Source: a virus
Length of the DNA stretch: 13,219 bases
Virus record (IMG/VR): IMGVR_UViG_3300045988_160937
Location: 1-13,219 of that record
Strand: one strand, 5' to 3'
The position numbers were made by a program, and so were the translations under genes. Position 1 is the stretch's first letter. The number at the start of each line of letters is the position of its first letter. Below the pieces are notes generated by a model. The model worked only from the letters and a program-made list of their open reading frames with translations, ran no database searches and was not told where the DNA came from. Shown in pieces: positions 6,923-13,219 of this stretch.

Positions 6923-9357
6923 TATAAAATAACTCCATTTATTAGCATTTCATATATTTTATTTTTTTCTTCTTGTGTTGCCGTTGACAAATTTTCAATG
7001 TGAATTTCTTTAACTTGCGTGTAACCTTTCATATTTTTAAGTAATCTAGTTTTATTAAGTGGTAATCCTAATAATTTTTTATAGTGTTCTTGTGAATTAG
7101 AAACGACAGGACGAGTTACTAACATGTATATTTCAAAAGGCATAGCCAAATCATTTACATTGCCACTTGTTTCACCTTTAATAGCATTAGAGGAAGTTAA
7201 GGCGTTGATATCACCCATAATCATACCACTAGTTGCACGTGCTCCACCTAATATACCAATAATAGGATTACCTGTTATTGCAAAAGCACCTATTGACACT
7301 GCATAATCAATTACACCTTTTATATTAGTAATTAATAAATCTTGATTAGTTTTGTACGTTCCGTCACTACCAATTGGTATTTTAACACCGCATTTACCTT
7401 GTTGTGTTGTTATAAGAACGTCGTGTGAATTATCAGTTAATGAATCTCCACGTTTTACTAGTAATAATGCTTGTCCTGTATCAAAATCAATAGATATATC
7501 AATTTTAATATAATAACCCATAAAAATTTGAGGTGAAATTTGAAAATAACCAAAAAATGGTATATAAATTTTATATTGTGATTGATAATCTAAATAATTA
7601 TTAAAATAAGGTTCAATCTTAAAATTAGCAATATTAATACTATTATGTGGATTTGATAAATAATAATTATTAAGGGTAAAAGTAGATTTTCCAATTGTAA
7701 TTTTATCAAAATACGTGCTAGTTCTAAAGAATTTATTAACTTCAAAAGGGTATAACATAATAGATGATATATATTCATTAGGATTTGCAAAAAAAGTACC
7801 TATCACTGATTGGTCTATTTTACTACATTGATTACATAATCTAGTTATAGTGTTAATATTTCCTGAAAATTTTTTATTGAATGAAGTTTGTTCCCATGAT
7901 TTTAAATTATCTCCACCTTGTTCGCCTGTTGTAGACATTGTAGAAATTATAAAAGGTAAAGTCACTGATTGCTTAAAAGGGTTGTTTTGTGGTGTTAAAT
8001 TTTCAACCAAAGCAAGTTGTGAAGTATTATCAACTACTAATTCATTATCAGGCAAATTAGCGTCAAATTCAAATTCGTTTCTTGCAATTAAGCCTTCTAA
8101 ATTTCCAATCTCATTTTTAAAACTCATTAATTCATCACACGATAAATAAAGCACATAGAAATTATTAGGTGTTAATACAATATTGGTAATATAATAATAT
8201 CTATTTAGATTATTGATATAACAATAATTAAAAAATGGAAGTTCGTTATAAACAATCTTAATAATAGGATTTAATATTGAAGTACTATCTTTAAAAATTA
8301 TATTACACTCATAAATTTTAACTAAATCATTTTCTTTATTAACTTTACTATCTTCCGCATTATTTTGATAAAAAGTTGCTTTAATCGAGGGTGCCCTCCA
8401 ATATGCATATAAAGTTAAATCGTGTGTTACAGGTGTGTTAAAATCATAAGCACTATACATAATATTTGATTTGCTCCAACCAATAAATGTATAACCTTCT
8501 TTGGTAGGTATATCTAAGGGTTTACCAACCAATTGATTATATTGTCTTGTTTGTGAAGGTTCTTGAGGTGTACCTCCTTGCATATCAAAATTAATGGTAT
8601 AACTTTGAATATTATAATTTGCATATAATGTTATATCATCTTCGATAATTTGTTCTCCAAATATATAAGGGTCGCCACCTTCTTCAATGCTCCAATATAA
8701 AAACTTATAACCTTCTTTAGTACAATTATAATCATAGTCGCTAGTTACTTTACTTCCATAATCAACAAAAACAAAGTCATTAGGGTAAATTTCTTTAACA
8801 ATTCCACCTTTTGTGATATAATTAATTTTAACTTGTTGTTTCTTAAAAATAGCCGTTACTTGTATAGGTTCAAAAATATTACTACCATATAAAATACTCA
8901 CATCCTCAAAGGAAGGTAGTTGCCAATATTCAAAAGTATAACCAACTTTTGTGCTTGTTAGAAAATCATAATACGATATTATTTGTCCTATTGGTTTGAA
9001 AAATGGATTTGTCAATGTTTCATCTAGTGTACCACCATTTAAGGCATAATCAATACCAACAAATTCAACACTTGAATAAAAATAATTAAAGAAAGTGTCG
9101 TCTATTTCTTGATTATACCAATCAAAATTTAAGTCTTGATAATCTACTTCTTCCCAACCACCGTCTTGCAAATAAGCCGTTATATAACTTCCATCGCTTT
9201 TTCTTTTATATTGCAACTCTTGTTTTAATAGTTGCATACCGGTATATTGAACGTGTGCACTATCTTCAAAATTAACACTTATTTCAATTTTAGTTACTTG
9301 TTCGTCAACTAAAAGTTTAAAAGTATCTTTAAGTCTATATCTTCCATTTATAAACAT
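6922..9357 (-). CDS. Tail protein / receptor-binding tail knob (811 aa) with three N-terminal Listeria-Bacteroides (Flg_new-type) repeats
   Basis: ORF track starts at 9405, but that start overlaps a terminator hairpin. The ATG at 9357 (MFINGRYRL) has SD AAGGAGG 8 nt upstream. Three ~75-aa repeats of the Flg_new pattern end in NGG...GYTFEYWQ...VTAIFKK, KGG...KEGYKFLYWS...ITLYANY, and INFDMQGG...PTKEGYTFIGWS...THDLTLYAYW. The C-terminal ~450 aa is Gly-rich near the end (GNPIIGILGGARATSG). It is the largest virion gene, located between the capsid and ATPase genes. Confidence 0.7.
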   Translation of the reverse strand: MFINGRYRLKDTFKLLVDEQVTKIEISVNFEDSAHVQYTGMQLLKQELQYKRKSDGSYITAYLQDGGWEEVDYQDLNFDWYNQEIDDTFFNYFYSSVEFVGIDYALNGGTLDETLTNPFFKPIGQIISYYDFLTSTKVGYTFEYWQLPSFEDVSILYGSNIFEPIQVTAIFKKQQVKINYITKGGIVKEIYPNDFVFVDYGSKVTSDYDYNCTKEGYKFLYWSIEEGGDPYIFGEQIIEDDITLYANYNIQSYTINFDMQGGTPQEPSQTRQYNQLVGKPLDIPTKEGYTFIGWSKSNIMYSAYDFNTPVTHDLTLYAYWRAPSIKATFYQNNAEDSKVNKENDLVKIYECNIIFKDSTSILNPIIKIVYNELPFFNYCYINNLNRYYYITNIVLTPNNFYVLYLSCDELMSFKNEIGNLEGLIARNEFEFDANLPDNELVVDNTSQLALVENLTPQNNPFKQSVTLPFIISTMSTTGEQGGDNLKSWEQTSFNKKFSGNINTITRLCNQCSKIDQSVIGTFFANPNEYISSIMLYPFEVNKFFRTSTYFDKITIGKSTFTLNNYYLSNPHNSINIANFKIEPYFNNYLDYQSQYKIYIPFFGYFQISPQIFMGYYIKIDISIDFDTGQALLLVKRGDSLTDNSHDVLITTQQGKCGVKIPIGSDGTYKTNQDLLITNIKGVIDYAVSIGAFAITGNPIIGILGGARATSGMIMGDINALTSSNAIKGETSGNVNDLAMPFEIYMLVTRPVVSNSQEHYKKLLGLPLNKTRLLKNMKGYTQVKEIHIENLSTATQEEKNKIYEMLINGVIL
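8395..9072 (-). repeat. Three tandem protein-level Listeria-Bacteroides (Flg_new-like) repeat modules within the tail gene
   Basis: The repeat segments are read by eye from the translated sequence; coordinates are approximate. The third copy matches the family consensus best (vtedltLYAkW ending). Confidence 0.6.
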
Positions 9358-9375
9358 TTTAAATTCCTCCTTTTT

Positions 9376-9407
9376 ATAAAAATAAAGAGTGGTGTATTCC
9401 ACCACTC
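9376..9407 (-). terminator. Intrinsic terminator/attenuator downstream of the major capsid gene (partial read-through into the tail gene)
   Basis: On the - strand: gagtggtg-gaata-caccactc, an 8-bp stem with a 5-nt loop, followed by tttatttttat, then SD AAGGAGG and the tail gene ATG at 9357. Confidence 0.6.
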
Positions 9408-9411
9408 AAAA

Positions 9412-10572
9412 TTAAGCAATAAAGAATACTACAAAATTTTCCGCTAAATCATTGAAATATCTTGAAGTAAATTTGTGCCAGTAGTTCATAAATTGTGCGT
9501 TAGGCGTATTCATAGTTGTTACTTCTCTACGTGGTTGTAAAATACCTAAAGCCTCATCATCAAACATAACACCTAAAATACCACTAGCGGTAACATTATT
9601 AGATTTTGCAGTTATAACATTAATTTTTGAAACACTGTCAAACGCAAAATCGGTTCCACTACCTTGCCAATATGAAATAGTTTCATGCTTTGGTAAAGAA
9701 ACAAGTTCGTTATGATATGTATCACTTTGTAAGTATACTTGTGTTGCACTTTCAAAATCATTAAGTAAAACAACATGTAAATAATCTTTTGGTGTATGTT
9801 TAGTTGTTCCTTCAATATTGTATAATTTAGAAACGGCTTTCATACGATTCATTGTTAAAGTCATAACTTCAACACAATATCTAATAAACTCTTTATCTTG
9901 TAATGCCGTTGCTACTGTTAATGTTGTGTCAGGGTGTAAAGCCTTATATCTTGCAAATAAATTGATTGCACGTGTGTTTCCTACACCTGTAAAAGTTGTG
10001 CCACTATTGTAAGCGTCAAACAAAGTTTCACCAATAAAGTTATTAACACTACGTTTTGCTAATTCTTCAATTTTAATTTCCATTGATAGTTGAACGTTAC
10101 CCTCAATCATTGAAATAAACTTAACATAATCTTCAGGACTCTTTAAACTTTCTTGTACTTGAAGTGAAGTAATTGATACTTGAATTTGGAAAGTACTTGC
10201 TTGATTGTAGAATTTTTCATAAACTTTTGGTTTTTTGTAAACGTGAGGGTCATAACTTGCACCGTCAACTAATTCCCAACTTTCATTTTCAATTGCCTCA
10301 GGGATTTCACCACGTACTTTTGCAAGGATTGAACCATATTCCCAATAATCTTTTAAGATAGTTTGTAGTTCGCCACTGTATGGACGGTTAACAAAGATTG
10401 TACGTCCAATTCTATTTGCTAATTCATTACAATAGTTGTCTACACCTAATTTCTCTTGTAATTTGCCTCCAATATCTACTACATTGGAAAGGTCTTCCTG
10501 AAGTACTTCGGTTTCACCTAATACCTCTTTTGTCATATCATTGACTAATTCATAAACTTGTGTGATTTTCAT
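9412..10572 (-). CDS. Major capsid (head) protein, phi29 gp8-like (386 aa; no C-terminal BIG2-type extension)
   Basis: The N-terminal segment ELANRIGRTIFVNRPYSG resembles phi29 gp8 SLVDRIGLVVIRQVSLNNP. SD AAGGAGG precedes the ATG at 10572. It is followed by a terminator hairpin, and its size and position are typical of a picovirus MCP. Confidence 0.7.
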   Translation of the reverse strand: MKITQVYELVNDMTKEVLGETEVLQEDLSNVVDIGGKLQEKLGVDNYCNELANRIGRTIFVNRPYSGELQTILKDYWEYGSILAKVRGEIPEAIENESWELVDGASYDPHVYKKPKVYEKFYNQASTFQIQVSITSLQVQESLKSPEDYVKFISMIEGNVQLSMEIKIEELAKRSVNNFIGETLFDAYNSGTTFTGVGNTRAINLFARYKALHPDTTLTVATALQDKEFIRYCVEVMTLTMNRMKAVSKLYNIEGTTKHTPKDYLHVVLLNDFESATQVYLQSDTYHNELVSLPKHETISYWQGSGTDFAFDSVSKINVITAKSNNVTASGILGVMFDDEALGILQPRREVTTMNTPNAQFMNYWHKFTSRYFNDLAENFVVFFIA

Positions 10573-10592
10573 ATTTTAAATTCCTCCTTTTT

Positions 10593-11165
10593 TTAATAAC
10601 CTACATAATACAACGTAAATGTTTGACCACTTGTCACATTATCACATTCAATAACCCAATCATTACTAGAATTGGCTGTAATATAAAAATTATAAGTTTT
10701 AGTATCAATTGTTATTTGCCCTACTAAAAATTTACCAATACCCGTAACAATATTAATAGGTAATGCAATGCTAGTGCCACCTACGATTGTTGATATAAAC
10801 AAATTTCTAGTATATGGAAAATCTATATATTTTATAATACTTTTTTTATCACTATTAAACCTACCATTATAACTATTGTAAGTACTTTTAAAAGTTACAT
10901 TTACTTCACCGCTTTCAATATAAGCAACTACACTAAAACCATATACATAAAATGTGAAATATGTTGATTTTTTAACAACATTAGTTATAAAGTCGTTATA
11001 TTCTACACCATTTATCACGATACCACTGACAATTGTATGCTTATAGTAATTATGCTCTAATAGTTCTATTAAATTATATGATAAGTCTAATTTTTGAGTT
11101 TGTACGGGTGCCGTAATATTAATATTTTCTAAATCTATAATTAAATAACCGCCTTTTTTTGACAT
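10593..11165 (-). CDS. Virion-region protein, unknown (190 aa, beta-rich Y/T/V/N composition); possible head fibre/decoration or tail component
   Basis: SD AAGGAGG precedes the ATG at 11165. It lies between the connector-region genes and the capsid gene. I recognise no catalytic motif. Confidence 0.4.
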   Translation of the reverse strand: MSKKGGYLIIDLENINITAPVQTQKLDLSYNLIELLEHNYYKHTIVSGIVINGVEYNDFITNVVKKSTYFTFYVYGFSVVAYIESGEVNVTFKSTYNSYNGRFNSDKKSIIKYIDFPYTRNLFISTIVGGTSIALPINIVTGIGKFLVGQITIDTKTYNFYITANSSNDWVIECDNVTSGQTFTLYYVGY

Positions 11166-11178
11166 TATTAAAACCTCC

Positions 11179-11862
11179 TTATAGCCAAATTTTTAAAGTT
11201 AGATAATCATCAAATGACTTAAGAATAATATCATAAAAATTATTCATCGTTCTTAAGTCTAATTCTTTTAAGATTAAATCTTGAGAAGGCATATCGCTAC
11301 CACTAGTCTCAATCTTTTCATCTCCTGTTTCTTTTGTGGTTCGTGTTTCTTCGTTGTCATTCATTTCACCACTATTGATTGATTGATTCAAGTTTGTAAA
11401 GTCCTCACTATTATAACCGCTAACTTGATTAGTATTAGTAACTTTACTTTTAATATTTCTTGTTTCATCGTGTTGCAAATTAGGTGTACGTGTTTTAGTT
11501 TCTTTCTTACTATCTAAAATATTATATTTAGTTGTTAAACTTTCAAATATATTAGTCCAATTTGCAATATTTTTGATATAAATCATATATGAAAGACTTT
11601 TAATTTTCTCTTCGTCTAATTGGTTGTTTTCATTGAGAAAAATTTCAACAATTTTAGCGATGATTTTATAACCACATTTTTGATAAATTAATGATACGTC
11701 AAGCATTTCATTAGTTTCATCACTTTGTAAAAATAAGGGTATATCAACTTGCCTTTCAGTTAAAGTTTGCTTTAAATAATATATAAATCCTCTAAAATCT
11801 TGCTTAAAACTATTCGGCATTGTTTCTATTAGTGTCGGTCGGTTCAGTACTTCGCAACTCAT
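11179..11862 (-). CDS. Virion-region protein with a long acidic S/T/N/E-rich low-complexity C-terminal half (227 aa); scaffolding protein or lower-collar candidate
   Basis: ORF track starts at 11886. I prefer the ATG at 11862 (MSCEVLNRPT), which has SD AAGGAGG (complement of 11873-11879) 8 nt upstream. It overlaps the connector gene 3' end by 53 nt in another frame. Confidence 0.45.
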   Translation of the reverse strand: MSCEVLNRPTLIETMPNSFKQDFRGFIYYLKQTLTERQVDIPLFLQSDETNEMLDVSLIYQKCGYKIIAKIVEIFLNENNQLDEEKIKSLSYMIYIKNIANWTNIFESLTTKYNILDSKKETKTRTPNLQHDETRNIKSKVTNTNQVSGYNSEDFTNLNQSINSGEMNDNEETRTTKETGDEKIETSGSDMPSQDLILKELDLRTMNNFYDIILKSFDDYLTLKIWL

Positions 11863-12835
11863 CTTTATCAACCTCCTTATTTTCAACTTCTTGTATCATT
11901 TCATCTTTTTTAAGTTTCCACGATAAGCCTAAATCAACTTGAATATTTGTGCCAAACATTTCATTGACTTTGTCAAAACTTTCTTGACGACTCAACAACA
12001 TATCATCTACAAACGGTAACAAAGCGTCATCATTTAATTGACTTTCACTACTATTAAGACTTTCTCTCTTCATATTATAATTGGCATTTAAGCCCAATTC
12101 ATTAAACCAACTTGCTTTATAATATTGAAGTAATTCAATTAATTGTGTGATTGATTGATTGTTGTTTTGTCCGTTGAAAAGACTTTTGATGACTTCTTCA
12201 TTCATAATTGCTTGTGATGAAAAAACACTTAACAAATCACCTTCTTCGAGTTTTTTTATCATCACTTCGTAACTTTCTTTTGTGTTCTTATCACTTGTTG
12301 CAACAATTGTCATTAATCTTGTTAACACACTTGATATTTTTAAGGACAATTCAGTTTCAGTTAAAGCCGTTGCATATCTTCTACATAATGGTGTTAAGCC
12401 AATTAAAGTACTATCATTTTTGATAATAACACAATTCTTACCAACTTCAAGTGTAAAACTTCCATATACAGGATTTGCAATAATAAATTGTTTTGGTACA
12501 TAGTTGCCGTCAAGTTCACCACCCCATGCACCAAAGCATATATACAAATCGCCTTCACCTTTCAAGTCTTCAGTTAAGGGTTGTAGCATTCCATTTGATA
12601 AAGTTTTAGCCTTGAAACAACAAAGATAACCAATTGATTGTAACCACAATTCAAGTAATCGTTTATCAATAGTTTTAGGTAAATTTTCATACTTAAACAT
12701 TCTAGAAGTTTTAGAAAACATATATTGCATATTATTTCTAACACATACTTGTTTATTTTTAAAATCATAAACATTAGAATTAATCCAACTATACCCCATA
12801 CCACCTATAAAATCATTCTCTTTTTTCCTACCCAT
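11810..12835 (-). CDS. Head-tail connector / portal protein, phi29 gp10-like (upper collar)
   Basis: MGRKKEN...YENLPKTIDKRLLELWLQSIGYLCCFK aligns with phi29 gp10 MARKRSN...[27 protein letters not shown]. C-terminal ESFDKVNEMFGTNIQVDLG aligns with EEACEKINELYGLNVKVKF. SD AAGGTGG is present, and the start overlaps the upstream stop (TAATG). Confidence 0.85.
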   Translation of the reverse strand: MGRKKENDFIGGMGYSWINSNVYDFKNKQVCVRNNMQYMFSKTSRMFKYENLPKTIDKRLLELWLQSIGYLCCFKAKTLSNGMLQPLTEDLKGEGDLYICFGAWGGELDGNYVPKQFIIANPVYGSFTLEVGKNCVIIKNDSTLIGLTPLCRRYATALTETELSLKISSVLTRLMTIVATSDKNTKESYEVMIKKLEEGDLLSVFSSQAIMNEEVIKSLFNGQNNNQSITQLIELLQYYKASWFNELGLNANYNMKRESLNSSESQLNDDALLPFVDDMLLSRQESFDKVNEMFGTNIQVDLGLSWKLKKDEMIQEVENKEVDKDELRSTEPTDTNRNNAE

Positions 12836-13074
12836 TAGTTGCCACCTTCTTTTTTAAGATTTTCTAATTCATCAATAGCCTTGTCAACTTCTTGTTTAAC
12901 TTTTTCAAACTTTTTATTTTTAATTGCTTTATAAACATTATAACATAGTTTAAATAAAATCCATAAAATTTGTATTGAAATAATTATAACACCTAGTATA
13001 CTTTCTATTTGTGAAATACCTAAAGCCATACCAATAGCAATTAATGTTGTATCAATAATGTTGTCATACTTCAT
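12835..13074 (-). CDS. Small membrane protein (79 aa, two predicted TM helices plus a charged coiled-coil-like C-terminus); class-II-holin-like, or alternatively a phi29 p16.7-like membrane anchor
   Basis: Hydrophobic stretches TTLIAIGMALGISQI and ILGVIIISIQILWILFKL are followed by KNKKFEKVKQEVDKAIDELENLKKEGGN. It is the first gene after the right-end promoter, with SD AGGAGG and ATG at 13074. Confidence 0.45.
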   Translation of the reverse strand: MKYDNIIDTTLIAIGMALGISQIESILGVIIISIQILWILFKLCYNVYKAIKNKKFEKVKQEVDKAIDELENLKKEGGN

Positions 13075-13094
13075 AACTTATACCTCCTATAAAT

Positions 13095-13123
13095 ATTATA
13101 TCATAAATAAATAACTACGTCAA
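13095..13123 (-). promoter_or_regulatory. Right-end promoter driving the leftward structural/late operon: consensus sigma70 with extended -10
   Basis: The - strand reads TTGACG (complement of 13118-13123), a 17-nt spacer, then TGa TATAAT (-10 at complement of 13095-13100). It is immediately followed by ataggaggtataagtt ATG (13074) and abuts the ITR. Confidence 0.7.
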
Positions 13124-13219
13124 CCCCTAAATACCTAAATACATAAATACTTCTATACATAACTACACCCCTCTACATTTAATTCGCCAAATTCGGGGGG
13201 AGGGGGGGGATTACTTTAG
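13124..13219. repeat. Right inverted terminal repeat (96 bp)
   Basis: It is the exact reverse complement of 1-96. Confidence 0.9.

Noticed and set aside
7124-8149. Small + strand ORFs (7124-7306, 7850-8149) and the - strand ORF 7590-7790 inside the tail gene
   Set aside because: They are antisense or out-of-frame within a long, well-supported CDS. The 7590-7790 ORF is an I/L-only low-complexity translation of an AT-rich stretch.
9612-10361. ORFs 9612-9815 (-), 9818-10012 (+), 10173-10361 (+) inside the capsid gene
   Set aside because: They are shadow ORFs within the gp8-like MCP gene, with no translation signals.
12208-12804. ORFs 12208-12423 (+), 12282-12503 (+), 12574-12804 (-) inside the connector gene
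   Set aside because: They are embedded in the gp10-like connector CDS in other frames or strands. Their hydrophobic, low-complexity translations are typical of AT-rich shadow frames.
1-13219. Tectivirus-like identity (ITRs, protein-primed polB and ~14 kb would also fit a tectivirus)
   Set aside because: The connector matches phi29 gp10, the capsid N-terminus matches HK97-fold gp8 rather than a double-jelly-roll MCP, and the ATPase is gp16-type rather than the FtsK-like ATPase of tectiviruses.
1-13219. Mycoplasma/Spiroplasma genetic code (UGA=Trp) host
   Set aside because: Long ORFs are intact under the standard code and Trp is encoded by TGG, so UGA read-through is not needed. A standard-code wall-less host remains possible (see finding).
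1-13219. tRNA genes, CRISPR arrays, integrase/lysogeny module, IS elements
   Set aside because: I could see no cloverleaf-like GC-rich segments, no repeat-spacer periodicity, and no recombinase-like ORF. The genome is fully occupied by the replication and virion modules.

Overview
The window looks like a complete linear genome of a small, very AT-rich phi29-like (protein-primed) podovirus. Perfect 96-bp inverted terminal repeats sit at 1-96 and 13124-13219, and their terminal sequence (5'-CTAAAGTAATCCCCCCCCTCCCCCC) closely resembles the phi29 termini. Two transcription units start from consensus sigma70 promoters just inside each ITR. They converge on a bidirectional intrinsic terminator at about 5762-5803. 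Left (+) unit: a tandem-duplicated promoter module, two tandem paralogous small genes, five further small genes of unknown function, a putative terminal protein, and a clearly recognisable protein-primed family-B DNA polymerase. Right (-) unit: a small 2-TM membrane protein (holin-like), a phi29 gp10-like connector/portal, two unassigned virion-region proteins, a phi29 gp8-like major capsid protein, an 811-aa tail protein with three Listeria-Bacteroides (Flg_new-type) repeats, and a phi29 gp16-type packaging ATPase. I could not recognise an endolysin, pRNA locus, integrase, tRNA or CRISPR. All homology statements come from reading the motifs by eye against remembered phi29 sequences, not from a search.
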